From Bacteroidales bacterium (lineage in GTDB: Bacteria > Bacteroidota > Bacteroidia > Bacteroidales > F082), in the NCBI GenBank assembly GCA_017537965.1, contig JAFYJV010000021.1, forward strand, positions 2,132 through 66,131: a DNA stretch of 64,000 bases, in the 5' to 3' direction. The first letter of the stretch is position 1. Each line of letters begins with the position of its first letter. Shown here piece by piece: positions 46,466-56,331 of the stretch. The notes beneath the pieces are model-generated. The model was given only the letters and a program-made list of their open reading frames with translations, ran no database searches and was not told the origin of the DNA. The position numbers and the translations under genes were made by a program.

Positions 46466-48479
46466 GAGGCGCTTGGATCTCCTTGGCCTTCAACTGCAAC
46501 ATCTCGTCGCGATAGGCGGCAGCAGCAATGAAATCCATCTCCTTGACGGCTCTCTCCATGTTTTTCTTTGCCTCCATGATGGCTTTCTCCAACTGCTTCT
46601 TGGTCTTGTATTCTATTTGCTCGGCGGCGATGGCGGCTGGACGTTCATCCTGCTGCGGATAAGCGGTGAAACCTCTCCTGCCAGTGGCTTCGGCAAGCGA
46701 GACATCGATAGCCTTTACGATGGTTTGCGGCACAATGCCATGCGCCTCGTTGTAGGCGATCTGCTTGGAACGCCGACGGTTGGTCTCGTCGATGGTCTTC
46801 TGCATCGACTCGGTGATGGTGGCGGCATACATGATGACCTTGCTCTCCGCATTACGGGCGGCACGTCCAGCCGTCTGGGTCAACGAACGCTCAGATCGCA
46901 AAAAGCCCTCCTTGTCGGCATCCAAGATGGCCACCAGACTCACCTCGGGAAGATCCAAGCCCTCTCGCAAAAGGTTCACACCCACCAGCACGTCGAAATC
47001 GCCCAAACGAAGTCCGCGCAGTATCTCCACTCGCTCCAGGGTATCGACATCGGAATGGATGTATCGTGACTTGATCTTCAGATTGTTCAGATAGGTGTTC
47101 AGCTCCTCGGCCATACGTTTGGTCAAAGTGGTCACAAGCACACGCTGCTGTTTCTCCTTCACCTTCCTGATTTCCTCCAACAAGTCGTCCACCTGGTTGA
47201 CGCTGGGTCGCACTTCGATGACAGGATCCAACAAACCCGTGGGACGGATCAGCTGCTCCACATACACGCCCTCGCTCTGCTGCAATTCATAGTCGGCAGG
47301 GGTAGCACTGACATAGATCTTCTGCCCCGTCAACGCCTCGAACTCATGAAACTCCAAAGGCCTGTTGTCAAGGGCTGAAGGCAACCTGAAGCCATATTCC
47401 ACAAGCGTTTGCTTGCGTGAACGGTCACCCCCATGCATGCCTCTGATCTGCGGCACGGTGACATGGCTCTCGTCAATGACGGTGATGAAGTCATCAGGGA
47501 AATAGTCCAACAGGCAGAACGGCCGTGTGCCGGGATTGCGCCCGTCGAAATAACGCGAATAGTTCTCGATGCCAGAGCAATAGCCCAGTTCACGCATCAT
47601 CTCCAGATCATAGTTTACACGATCCTCCAGACGTTTGGCCTCCAGGTTCTTGCCGATCTCACGGAAATACTCGGTCTGCTTGAACATGTCCTGCTGGATC
47701 TCGTCGATGGCCGATTTCAGTTTGGCCTGTGAGGTGATGAAAATATTGGCAGGAAAGATGGTAACCTCTTGGATCTCTTCGATTCGGTTGCCCGTCACAG
47801 GATTGAAGCTCTCGATGGCATCGACCTCATCGTCCCAAAACACGATGCGATAGGCGATGTCGGCGTATGCAGGAAACACATCCAAGGTCTCCCCTTTGAT
47901 CCTGAACTTACCTTGGGTAAACTCGATCTCATTACGGGTGTAAAGTGAGTTCACCAAAGCCTTGGCCACCTCGTCTCGGCTTAGCCTCTGTCCACGGGTA
48001 ATATAGATGACATTCTCGGTAAAATCATCGGGGTTGCCAATGCCATAGAGGCAGGAAACCGAAGAGACCACGATGATGTCGCGTCTCCCCGACATCAGCG
48101 CAGTGGTTGTGCTCAGGCGCAGTTTCTCGATGTCGGAGTTGATGGACAGGTCCTTCTCGATATAGGTATTGGTCGAAGGGATGAAAGCCTCCGGTTGGTA
48201 ATAGTCGTAATACGAGACAAAATACTCCACGGCATTCTCGGGAAAGAACGCCTTGAACTCGCCATAAAGCTGAGCCGCCAAGGTCTTGTTATGGCTCAAC
48301 ACCAAAGCCGGTCGGTTGAGTTGGGCCAGCACGTTGGCAATGGTGAATGTCTTCCCAGAGCCAGTGACGCCCAGCAGGGTCTGGGCAGGATCGCCGCGTC
48401 GCAATCCCTCCACAAGCTGCTTGATGGCCTCCGGCTGGTCTCCTGTTGGCTTGAAGTCCGATACCAGCTTAAAGTCCAT
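46458..48479 (-). CDS. uvrB: Excinuclease ABC subunit B
   Basis: GVTGSGKT Walker A, helicase motifs and the C-terminal UVR domain (AAAYRDEMLQLK). Confidence 0.95.
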   Translation of the reverse strand: MDFKLVSDFKPTGDQPEAIKQLVEGLRRGDPAQTLLGVTGSGKTFTIANVLAQLNRPALVLSHNKTLAAQLYGEFKAFFPENAVEYFVSYYDYYQPEAFIPSTNTYIEKDLSINSDIEKLRLSTTTALMSGRRDIIVVSSVSCLYGIGNPDDFTENVIYITRGQRLSRDEVAKALVNSLYTRNEIEFTQGKFRIKGETLDVFPAYADIAYRIVFWDDEVDAIESFNPVTGNRIEEIQEVTIFPANIFITSQAKLKSAIDEIQQDMFKQTEYFREIGKNLEAKRLEDRVNYDLEMMRELGYCSGIENYSRYFDGRNPGTRPFCLLDYFPDDFITVIDESHVTVPQIRGMHGGDRSRKQTLVEYGFRLPSALDNRPLEFHEFEALTGQKIYVSATPADYELQQSEGVYVEQLIRPTGLLDPVIEVRPSVNQVDDLLEEIRKVKEKQQRVLVTTLTKRMAEELNTYLNNLKIKSRYIHSDVDTLERVEILRGLRLGDFDVLVGVNLLREGLDLPEVSLVAILDADKEGFLRSERSLTQTAGRAARNAESKVIMYAATITESMQKTIDETNRRRSKQIAYNEAHGIVPQTIVKAIDVSLAEATGRRGFTAYPQQDERPAAIAAEQIEYKTKKQLEKAIMEAKKNMERAVKEMDFIAAAAYRDEMLQLKAKEIQAPQP

Positions 48480-49587
48480 GGCTCAAGTTAAAATCCATCA
48501 TTACCGGATAATGATCCGATCCCTTGTAGCGAAGCCGCTTGAAAGCGCATGGCTTGATACCGTCGTTGCCCCAGATATAGTCGATACGAAGCAGTGGCAA
48601 CTTCCCGGCGTAAGTATGGCCGATGCCACGTCCAGCAACAACAAAGCCGTCGGTAAAACCCGCCCGTTTCACCTGTTGGTAGGTATAGGATATCGGAGTA
48701 TCATTCAAGTCACCGCACAACAGAATCGTCCGCCCATCATTCGGGATGTCCTCAAGCATTTGCCTCACCTCTTTGCTCCTTTCCTTATAGGCACGCTTCA
48801 GCTTGGCTACGATTGACTTGCCATATTCCTGAACCTCGCTCTTGGTATTGCCTGGCTCGGAAAACATGGTGATCTCATCATTGGTCAGCCTAAAGGATAA
48901 CAGATGAGAACAAACCACATAGAAACTCCCTTTCTCTCCTGCATCCACCTTCGCAATCGCGCCATAAATGTTTTCCTTCCCAAAGGCGGTCGTATCCTCA
49001 ACGGGAGTCAAGGGATATTTCGAATAGATCACATTGCCACAAAAATAGGCTTTCGTATGGTAATACTGATACGGCATTCCCGTCATCTCCCCAAAACGAA
49101 GGATACAGTTACGACGGCTGGTCTTTGGCTTGAAAATGTTGAATTCCTGGACGCAAAGCACATCGGGATTCTTCTCCCGGACCATTGCAGCAATTCCTGC
49201 AGCGACATCTTCCGTGCTTTTCTTGGAGTCATTCAAATCATTAAAAAGCTGCACGTTGTATGACATGATACGGAAGTCTCCCCCTTCTATCGACTTTCCA
49301 TTCGAGAAAGACTTCAGCAATCCAGGGATCGAGATGAGCAAAGCCAACACAGCGACCCATACACGTCGTGACCACATCATCAGCAACAGCACCAGAATCA
49401 CCACGTTGAACAGCACAATCTCCCAAAACGCCAAGCCGAAAAACGACGCCCAGACAAACTTTTCCGGGGAGATGTAGCTGCTCATCACGCTCAAAACCAT
49501 GGCAAGGACTCCAACCCAAGCCAGCAACGTCAACAAGCCGACGATCAGCCTACCGAATACACTCCTTCTATTCTTTTCTTTCTCCAT
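48469..49587 (-). CDS. Endonuclease/exonuclease/phosphatase (EEP) family membrane protein
   Basis: N-terminal TM segments and the C-terminal SDHYPV EEP motif. Start chosen at 49587 (TGATG overlap with the rhomboid stop); 49614 is also possible. Confidence 0.75.
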   Translation of the reverse strand: MEKEKNRRSVFGRLIVGLLTLLAWVGVLAMVLSVMSSYISPEKFVWASFFGLAFWEIVLFNVVILVLLLMMWSRRVWVAVLALLISIPGLLKSFSNGKSIEGGDFRIMSYNVQLFNDLNDSKKSTEDVAAGIAAMVREKNPDVLCVQEFNIFKPKTSRRNCILRFGEMTGMPYQYYHTKAYFCGNVIYSKYPLTPVEDTTAFGKENIYGAIAKVDAGEKGSFYVVCSHLLSFRLTNDEITMFSEPGNTKSEVQEYGKSIVAKLKRAYKERSKEVRQMLEDIPNDGRTILLCGDLNDTPISYTYQQVKRAGFTDGFVVAGRGIGHTYAGKLPLLRIDYIWGNDGIKPCAFKRLRYKGSDHYPVMMDFNLSHGL

Positions 49588-50279
49588 CAGTATAAACGTC
49601 CTTTCTTTTTCCAAATCAACAAAATGACAAGACCCACCAACATGCCGCCAAGATGGGCGAAATGCGCCACATGGTCACCCGACGAGAAAATCCCCGTCAG
49701 AAGCTCAATCACAGCATAGCCGATCACGAACCACTTGGCTTTAATAGGCATCACAAAATACAAGTATATCAGCGAGTTGGGGAACATCATGCCAAAAGCA
49801 AGCAACAAACCGTAGATGGCACCGGAAGCGCCCACGGTGGTCATATAATTGAGATACTCCGACATCGGAATGATCATCCCTCCTCCCATATTCACCGTTT
49901 GATAGGCAGACAGTTTAGTAACATACTCGATGTATTGCACCCCTTCCTGGAACAAGCCTGCGCCCAATCCACAAAGGATGTAGTACAACAGGAAACGCTT
50001 CGGTCCCCAGATGTTCTCCAGCGTGTTGCCAAACATCCAGAGGGCAAACATGTTGAAAAAGAGATGGGAGAAGTTCCCATGCATGAACATGTAAGTGAAC
50101 AGTTGGTGAACATGGAAATCGGAGGCCATGAAGAAATGTAGCCCAAGCACGCCGTTCAAATCAATGCCGAAACGGGTCAGGACCACACCAGCCAGGAACA
50201 TGATGCCATTGATAATCAGCAGATTCTTGACTACTACTGGAAGAAACGAGAATCGATTGGGGCTATATTGGTAGTTCAT
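49587..50279 (-). CDS. Rhomboid family intramembrane serine protease
   Basis: HxxxxHxxxN (HGNFSHLFFN) and GASGAIYG catalytic motifs. Six TM segments. Confidence 0.9.
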   Translation of the reverse strand: MNYQYSPNRFSFLPVVVKNLLIINGIMFLAGVVLTRFGIDLNGVLGLHFFMASDFHVHQLFTYMFMHGNFSHLFFNMFALWMFGNTLENIWGPKRFLLYYILCGLGAGLFQEGVQYIEYVTKLSAYQTVNMGGGMIIPMSEYLNYMTTVGASGAIYGLLLAFGMMFPNSLIYLYFVMPIKAKWFVIGYAVIELLTGIFSSGDHVAHFAHLGGMLVGLVILLIWKKKGRLY

Positions 50280-52114
50280 TTTTCTGTCAGTTTGTTCATG
50301 ATTTCATCCATACTCACGATGGCATATACTTTTTTCCCGTCAGGAGCAACCTCTGCAACCGTGCAGCCAAAGAGTTGATCGACCATGTTCTCCATCTCCA
50401 CTTCGGTGAGCGGGGTCATGGCCTTGATGGAAAGCTGTGATGCCATGGTCTTCGCAATATTCAACTTCCGTTCCAGTTGGAGGTCGGAGCGGTTGATCTT
50501 ATAGTTGTCGAGCATCTTCTCAAGCAGCTGGACAGGTTCACACCCCGACATATCAGCCGGAGTGCCGTTGATGACAAAAGTGGTTGCGTTGACCTGTTCC
50601 AAGGCGAATCCAAGACATTGAAGATCCGGCAGCAATTCATGCAGCAGCGATGCATCGTTGACATTCATGGTGAAAGGCTGGGGAAACAGCTCCTGCTGCG
50701 ACTGTCCGCTATGGTTATCCATCTCCTTGAGGAACTTCTCGAAGAGGATGCGGTAATGCGCCAGATGCTGGTCGATGACCAAGATGCCCGACTTGACGGT
50801 AGTGACGATGTAGGAATGGCCCAACTGGATGTAATGGCTTTGCTTGACCGGTTCGGAAGCAGGCGCCTCCACTGGATGCCCGTTGTCAGTCGCTTGGTCG
50901 GTCCGATCTCCGTAAAGCAGTCTCCAGTCGCCAGGATCAGCCTTCTTCTCGAACGGCGTATAGCCTCCGAACGAGCTGTTGGAGAACTCTTTCTTCTGAC
51001 GGAACGGGTTGTAAGTGGGATCGATGGGAACGTCAGGCTGGACAATGGGATTGGACGACTTCACCACCTCTCCGAAATCAATGTTGAGATTCGATGGCTC
51101 TTCAAAGTCGATCAGCGGCGACAAGTTATGTTGCCCGATGGCTTTGCGCACAGCGGCATGAAGGATGGCATACACCAACTTGACATCGATGAAGTTGACT
51201 TCCGTCTTGGTGGGATGGATGTTGACATCGATATCAGCAGGATCCACTTCGATGTTGAGGAAATAACCCGGGAAGCTATCCTTGGGGATCATCTCAAGGA
51301 AGGCGTTCTCGATGGCATGATGCAGGTATGGATGCTTGATGAAGCGTTTGTTGACGAAGAAATACTGCTCTCCGCGGGTCTTGCGGGCACATTCCGCCTT
51401 CATGATATAGCCATGGATGTTGACACGGTCGGTGTCCTGGTTGACAGGGAGCAGCTTCTCGTCGTAGGCGTTGCCAAAGAGTCCCATGATGCGCTGCTTG
51501 AGGTTTCCGGGATAGAGGTGATACAGTTCTTTGCCGTCGCTGGTGAGCGTGAAGGCGATCTCAGGATTCATGAGTGCCACACGGGTGAACTCTTCCACCA
51601 CATGACGCATCTCGGCGGCAGGTGACTTCAGGAAGTTACGACGCGCCGGGACGTTGAAGAACAAGTTCTTCACGGTGAAAGTCGTACCTGCCGCCATGGG
51701 AACCAAGGTCTGTTCCTTGACGACGGATCCTTCGTTGATGATCTTGACCCCTACCTCGTCTTCCTTGCGACGGGTCTTTAGCTCCACCTGGGCGACGGCG
51801 GCAATGCTCGCCAGCGCCTCACCACGGAAGCCCATGGTGCGGATGGTGAAGAGATCCTCCGCCTTGCGGATCTTGGAGGTAGCATGACGCTCGAAACAGA
51901 GACGGGCGTCGGTCTCCGACATACCGCATCCGTTATCGACCACCATGATCATCGCCTTGCCGGCGTCTTTCACCACCAGGTCGATCTGCGTGGCGCCAGC
52001 GTCCAAGGCATTCTCCATCAGCTCCTTGACTGCCGAGGCGGGACGTTGTATGACCTCGCCTGCAGCGATCTGGTTGGCTACCGCATCCGGAAGTAATTTG
52101 ATGACGTCAAGCAT
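50276..52114 (-). CDS. mutL: DNA mismatch repair protein MutL
   Basis: N-terminal GHKL ATPase (QIAAGEVIQRPASAVKELMENALDAG). 612 aa. Confidence 0.95.
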   Translation of the reverse strand: MLDVIKLLPDAVANQIAAGEVIQRPASAVKELMENALDAGATQIDLVVKDAGKAMIMVVDNGCGMSETDARLCFERHATSKIRKAEDLFTIRTMGFRGEALASIAAVAQVELKTRRKEDEVGVKIINEGSVVKEQTLVPMAAGTTFTVKNLFFNVPARRNFLKSPAAEMRHVVEEFTRVALMNPEIAFTLTSDGKELYHLYPGNLKQRIMGLFGNAYDEKLLPVNQDTDRVNIHGYIMKAECARKTRGEQYFFVNKRFIKHPYLHHAIENAFLEMIPKDSFPGYFLNIEVDPADIDVNIHPTKTEVNFIDVKLVYAILHAAVRKAIGQHNLSPLIDFEEPSNLNIDFGEVVKSSNPIVQPDVPIDPTYNPFRQKKEFSNSSFGGYTPFEKKADPGDWRLLYGDRTDQATDNGHPVEAPASEPVKQSHYIQLGHSYIVTTVKSGILVIDQHLAHYRILFEKFLKEMDNHSGQSQQELFPQPFTMNVNDASLLHELLPDLQCLGFALEQVNATTFVINGTPADMSGCEPVQLLEKMLDNYKINRSDLQLERKLNIAKTMASQLSIKAMTPLTEVEMENMVDQLFGCTVAEVAPDGKKVYAIVSMDEIMNKLTEK

Positions 52115-52125
52115 GGCTCAAGCAA

Positions 52126-52434
52126 CTATTTTCCCATCAGCCCTGCAATGAGGTTCGTAAACATCGGGGTGCAGAAGATAAAATAGAAGGCGAATACCAC
52201 CACAGCACCGATGATGATGGCGCGCAGCACCTTGGAACGGCGCTCGGCTGGCGTATCCTTGTCCTTTTCCATCCCCCATTTCTTGCGCATCTCAAGACGC
52301 AACTGCTCCTCGTGACTTAGACTTGAGTCAAGTCCGGCTTCGGCTTTCTTACGCTCCCATTCTTCTTTTTGGGGGTCGTAATATCTTGGGATATAGTTGA
52401 ATCCCTTCGGCTTGTGTTTATAAAAGAATCCCAT
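52126..52434 (-). CDS. Small membrane protein, 102 aa
   Basis: Charged N-terminal half and one C-terminal TM segment. It lies 11 nt upstream of mutL. Confidence 0.6.
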   Translation of the reverse strand: MGFFYKHKPKGFNYIPRYYDPQKEEWERKKAEAGLDSSLSHEEQLRLEMRKKWGMEKDKDTPAERRSKVLRAIIIGAVVVFAFYFIFCTPMFTNLIAGLMGK

Positions 52435-52503
52435 GTCTCTACTATTTTAACCTGCAAATATACTTCTAAAAATCGTATCCCGCACCTGAAAGCCATATTT
52501 TAT

Positions 52504-52511
52504 TATCTTTG
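52504..52511 (+). promoter_or_regulatory. Candidate -7 box (TATCTTTG) for the ABC importer operon
   Basis: TAnnTTTG lies 7 nt before the ATG at 52519. Confidence 0.4.
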
Positions 52512-52518
52512 CATCGTC

Positions 52519-53556
52519 ATGAAAGAGAGAAAACACCGTATTTGGCTGCCCACTTTGCTTATTCTTTGTGCTGGGATAGTGTTGTTTGTCCTCAACCTGA
52601 TCGTTGGGAGCGTCACCATCCCCTTGAAGGAATGCTGTAGTGTCCTTGTGGGTGAAGGCGAAGAGACTTGGCGCACCATCATCCTCGACTACCGGTTGAC
52701 ACAAGCCGTCACCGCCTTGCTGGCCGGCATCGGGCTCTCTGTGTCGGGATTGCTGATGCAGACCTTGTTCCGCAACCCCTTGGCGGATCCTTCCATTTTG
52801 GGTATCTCCAGCGGTGCCAGTCTCGGTGTCGCCTTGGTCGTGCTGCTCACGGGACATCTCAGCGGCATGGCAGTCAGCACGCTGCCTGGTTGGTCCACTA
52901 TCGGCGTCACCCTTGCCGCTTTTGCAGGAGCCTTCCTCGTGCTGTTGCTCATCTTGGCACTCAGCTCACGGCTAAAGAGCATGGTAAGCTTGATTCTGGT
53001 GGGCATCATGATCGCCTACATCGCAGGGTCTGTCACCGACGTGCTGAAGTTCTTCAGCCAGAAGGAAGACGTTCACACTTTCGTCATCTGGGGCTTCGGC
53101 AGCTTCTCCAACGTGGGCAAGTCACAACTGCTATACCTTGCGGCGACCATCCTTTCGGGCACTGTCTGCGCCTTCCTCTTGTCCAAGTCGCTGAACCTCT
53201 TGCTCTTGGGCGAAAGATATGCCGAGAATCTCGGCCTCAATCTCCGCCGCGCCAACCTCCTGACCATCTTGGTTTCAGGCTTCTTGATGGCTGTCATCAC
53301 TGCCTTCTGCGGCCCCATCGCCTTCATCGGCCTTGCCGTCCCCCATTTGGCGCGGTTCACCTACCACACCAGCAACCATTTCATGCTGACGCCTGCCACT
53401 GCCGTCATCGGCATGGATTTGGCCTTGCTCTGCAACCTCATAGCACGGCTGCCCGGCTTCGACGGCAACCTGCCCATCAACTCCGTTACCGCCCTCATCG
53501 GCGCACCAATTGTGATTTATGTCATCTTCCACCGTCAAAAAGTCCTGTCGAGATGA
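52519..53556 (+). CDS. FecCD-family ABC transporter permease (iron-siderophore/B12 type)
   Basis: Multi-TM protein with the FecCD pattern (LLxGxGLSxSGxxMQxxxRNPLADPxxLGxSSGA). Start at 52519. Confidence 0.85.
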   Translation: MKERKHRIWLPTLLILCAGIVLFVLNLIVGSVTIPLKECCSVLVGEGEETWRTIILDYRLTQAVTALLAGIGLSVSGLLMQTLFRNPLADPSILGISSGASLGVALVVLLTGHLSGMAVSTLPGWSTIGVTLAAFAGAFLVLLLILALSSRLKSMVSLILVGIMIAYIAGSVTDVLKFFSQKEDVHTFVIWGFGSFSNVGKSQLLYLAATILSGTVCAFLLSKSLNLLLLGERYAENLGLNLRRANLLTILVSGFLMAVITAFCGPIAFIGLAVPHLARFTYHTSNHFMLTPATAVIGMDLALLCNLIARLPGFDGNLPINSVTALIGAPIVIYVIFHRQKVLSR

Positions 53557-54290
53557 AAGAGATATTGCGCACCATTGGATTAAGCATCGGATATAAAGGC
53601 CAGGCCTTGTTCCCAGCCATCGATGTGACCTTGCACGAAGGTGAACATGTTGCATTGATCGGCGCCAACGGCAGCGGCAAGACCACGCTGTTCAAGACCT
53701 TGACGGGAAGCTTGAAACCCATCTCCGGACAGATCGAACTCTGTGGGAAGCCGTTGGAATCCTATTCCCCCAACGAGCGTGCCAAGCTGTTCAGTCTCGT
53801 GCTCACCGAGAAGCCCGACGACCTCTTCCTGAAGGTCTTCGACATCGTCGCATCGGGACGTTATCCCCATTCGGGACTCATGGCAAGACTCCGAGATGAA
53901 GACTATGAGATGATTCAAGCAAAGCTTCAAGTAACTGGAGTTTCACACCTCATCGACAGAGATTTCGTTTCACTCAGCGACGGCGAGAAACAGAAGGTCA
54001 TGATCGCCAAGGCGTTGGTGCAGGACACGCCGATCATCTACATGGACGAACCCACCGCCTTTTTGGATTATCCCAGTAAGGTGGAGCTAATGCGTCTTAT
54101 TGCCAGACTTGCTGAAGAAGAACACAAGACCATCCTCTACAGCTCACACGACCTGGAATTGCTGATGAAGCACAGTGAGAAACTGTGGGTGGTGGCGAAA
54201 GACAAGCCGCTGGTGGCTGGAAAGCCAAAGGAGGTGGAACAGAACATTGGAGATTATTTGAAAATCAAGAATTTAGAAATAAGAGTATAA
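53553..54290 (+). CDS. ABC transporter ATP-binding protein
   Basis: Walker A GANGSGKTT, signature LSDGEKQKV and Walker B IIYMDEP. ATGA overlap with the permease. Confidence 0.9.
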   Translation: MKEILRTIGLSIGYKGQALFPAIDVTLHEGEHVALIGANGSGKTTLFKTLTGSLKPISGQIELCGKPLESYSPNERAKLFSLVLTEKPDDLFLKVFDIVASGRYPHSGLMARLRDEDYEMIQAKLQVTGVSHLIDRDFVSLSDGEKQKVMIAKALVQDTPIIYMDEPTAFLDYPSKVELMRLIARLAEEEHKTILYSSHDLELLMKHSEKLWVVAKDKPLVAGKPKEVEQNIGDYLKIKNLEIRV

Positions 54291-54294
54291 AACA

Positions 54295-55884
54295 TTGAAA
54301 ACAATAACAACAGCCATTGCAAGCGCAATTGCAACAATCACCTTGATCATGTCCTCCTGCACCTCAAAAAACGCCGTGGATCTCATTGTCCACAACGCCA
54401 ATGTCTATACTGTGGATGCCGCTTTCAGCAAGGCCCAAGCTTTCGCTGTGAAAGACGGGAAATTCGTTGCCGTCGGCAACGAAGGTGATATCATGAACCG
54501 ATTTGTCGCAAAGGAAGTCATCGACGCCGAGGGGCAAGCCGTGTATCCCGGCTTCATGGACGGTCATTGTCACTTCACTGGCTACGGCGAGAATCTCGTG
54601 CGGTGGGCCAACCTCAAAGGCTGCCGCTCTTACGATGAAGTCATCGAACGGCTCAAGGTTCACGACAGCCTCCACCCTTCCGAATGGCTCTTGGGACGAG
54701 GCTGGGACCAAAACCTGTGGACTCCCGCCGAGTTCCCCGACAACGACAGACTCGCCGAAGTCTTCCCAGGCAAAAAGGTGCTTTTGACCCGTGTGGACGG
54801 TCACGCCGTGTTGGTATCCAAAGAGGTGTTGGGACTTGCCGGCATCGATGAGAACTACCATCAAGACGGCGGCATGGTCATCGTCAAGGATGGGCGCTGC
54901 TCTGGCGTGTTGCTCGACAACACCGCCGATGTGGCCAAGGCAATGATTCCTCCCATGACGAGGGAAGAACGCATCCACGCACTGTTACAGGCACAAGAGA
55001 ACTGTTGGGCGGTTGGATTAAGAAGCGTCACCGATGCCGGACTGGACATCGAGACCATCGAACTTATCGACAGCCTTCAGGAAGCCGGCTTGTTGAAGAT
55101 CCATGTGAACGCCATGGTGAATCCCGACGACGAGACGATGGACCACTTCATGAGCCAAGGCGTGATCGACAAGGACAAACTCACCGTTCGCAGCGTGAAG
55201 ATCTATGCCGACGGAGCCTTGGGAAGCCGCGGCGCCAAGCTGCTGGAGCCCTATTCCGACGCACCCGAGACCAGCGGCTTGATCCTCGAAAGTGACGGGT
55301 TTTACAACCATGTCTGCCAAAAAGCCCACGAAGCCGGCTATCAGGTGTGTTGCCATGCCATCGGCGACGGCGGCGTCCATCACATCCTCGACATCTATTC
55401 CCAATACCTAAAAGGCCAAAACGACCTCCGGTGGCGCATCGAACACTCGCAAGTAGTCGCAGAGGACGATTTCGACAGGTACGGCCAGTATTCCGTCATC
55501 CCTTCCATCCAAACCACACATTGCACATCCGACATGGACTGGGCAGGCGAACGCCTCGGTGAAGACCGCATCAAGAACGCCTACGCCTATCAAAGGCTGT
55601 TACAAGAGAACGGCTGGCTCATCAACGGCACCGACTTCCCCATCGAGGACATCAGCCCCATCTACACCTTCTATGCAGCAGTCGCCAGAAAGCACTTGGA
55701 CGGCACGCCTCGAGAAGGTTTCCAGATGGAAAATGCGCTCACCCGTGAACAAGCCTTGCGTTCCATCACGATATGGGTAGCTAAAGGCTGTTTCCTTGAA
55801 GACCGCAAAGGCAGCATTGAAGTCGGCAAGGATGCTGATTTTGTCATCCTCGACAGGGACATCATGACCGTGGAGGAAGACTAA
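54295..55884 (+). CDS. Amidohydrolase family protein (Amidohydro_3, YtcJ-like), lipoprotein
   Basis: GFMDGHCHF metal-binding HxH motif. N-terminal lipobox LIMSSC. Apparent TTG start. Confidence 0.8.
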   Translation: MKTITTAIASAIATITLIMSSCTSKNAVDLIVHNANVYTVDAAFSKAQAFAVKDGKFVAVGNEGDIMNRFVAKEVIDAEGQAVYPGFMDGHCHFTGYGENLVRWANLKGCRSYDEVIERLKVHDSLHPSEWLLGRGWDQNLWTPAEFPDNDRLAEVFPGKKVLLTRVDGHAVLVSKEVLGLAGIDENYHQDGGMVIVKDGRCSGVLLDNTADVAKAMIPPMTREERIHALLQAQENCWAVGLRSVTDAGLDIETIELIDSLQEAGLLKIHVNAMVNPDDETMDHFMSQGVIDKDKLTVRSVKIYADGALGSRGAKLLEPYSDAPETSGLILESDGFYNHVCQKAHEAGYQVCCHAIGDGGVHHILDIYSQYLKGQNDLRWRIEHSQVVAEDDFDRYGQYSVIPSIQTTHCTSDMDWAGERLGEDRIKNAYAYQRLLQENGWLINGTDFPIEDISPIYTFYAAVARKHLDGTPREGFQMENALTREQALRSITIWVAKGCFLEDRKGSIEVGKDADFVILDRDIMTVEED

Positions 55885-56001
55885 ATCCCCGGTTTTTCGT
55901 ATAGTTTATGACAGGCGGATGAAACGTTGGTGCAAATTTGGGGCAAGTTAGGGGCAAATGAAAAGGCCGTATCTTGATTTTCAGCAAGTTACGGCCTTAT
56001 T

Positions 56002-56077
56002 TGGTAGCCCATAGCGGATTCGAACCGCTGTTTTCAGAATGAGGGTCTGATGACCTAGACCCCTAGTCGAATGGGCC
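56002..56077 (-). tRNA. tRNA-Glu (anticodon CUC by position), CCA encoded
   Basis: Manual fold aligns arm-for-arm with E. coli tRNA-Glu: 3-bp D-stem, anticodon stem TCAGA/TCTGA with loop CCCTCAT, T-arm AGCGG-TTCGAAT-CCGCT. Confidence 0.75.
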
Positions 56078-56115
56078 ATCGATAAAAAAAGGCTCGTTTT
56101 GTGGAACCTTTTTTG

Positions 56116-56189
56116 TGAACTAGGCGGGAGTCGAACCCACAACCGCCTGATCCGTAGTCAGGGACTCTATCCAATTGAGCTACTAGTCC
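56116..56189 (-). tRNA. tRNA-Arg (anticodon ACG)
   Basis: Manual cloverleaf: GGACTAG acceptor, GCTC-AATTGGATA-GAGT D-arm, anticodon stem CCTGA/TCAGG with loop CTACGGA, T-arm GTGGG-TTCGACT-CCCGC. Confidence 0.85.
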
Positions 56190-56331
56190 ATTGTCCTTTC
56201 GACGCTGCAAAATTACAGCTTTTTTGAATATCCGCAAGGATTTTTTTCGATTTTTTTTCTCCTCCTTCCACAAACCAATGACAATCAACATGATTGAACC
56301 CCTAACGAGACGTATCATTCCCAACTCCTCA

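Noticed and set aside
46380-47069. Plus-strand TACTTTTG box near 46404 with the 229-aa ORF 46380-47069
   Set aside because: The ORF is antisense to uvrB and compositionally a shadow ORF. The box is probably a chance match in AT-rich DNA.
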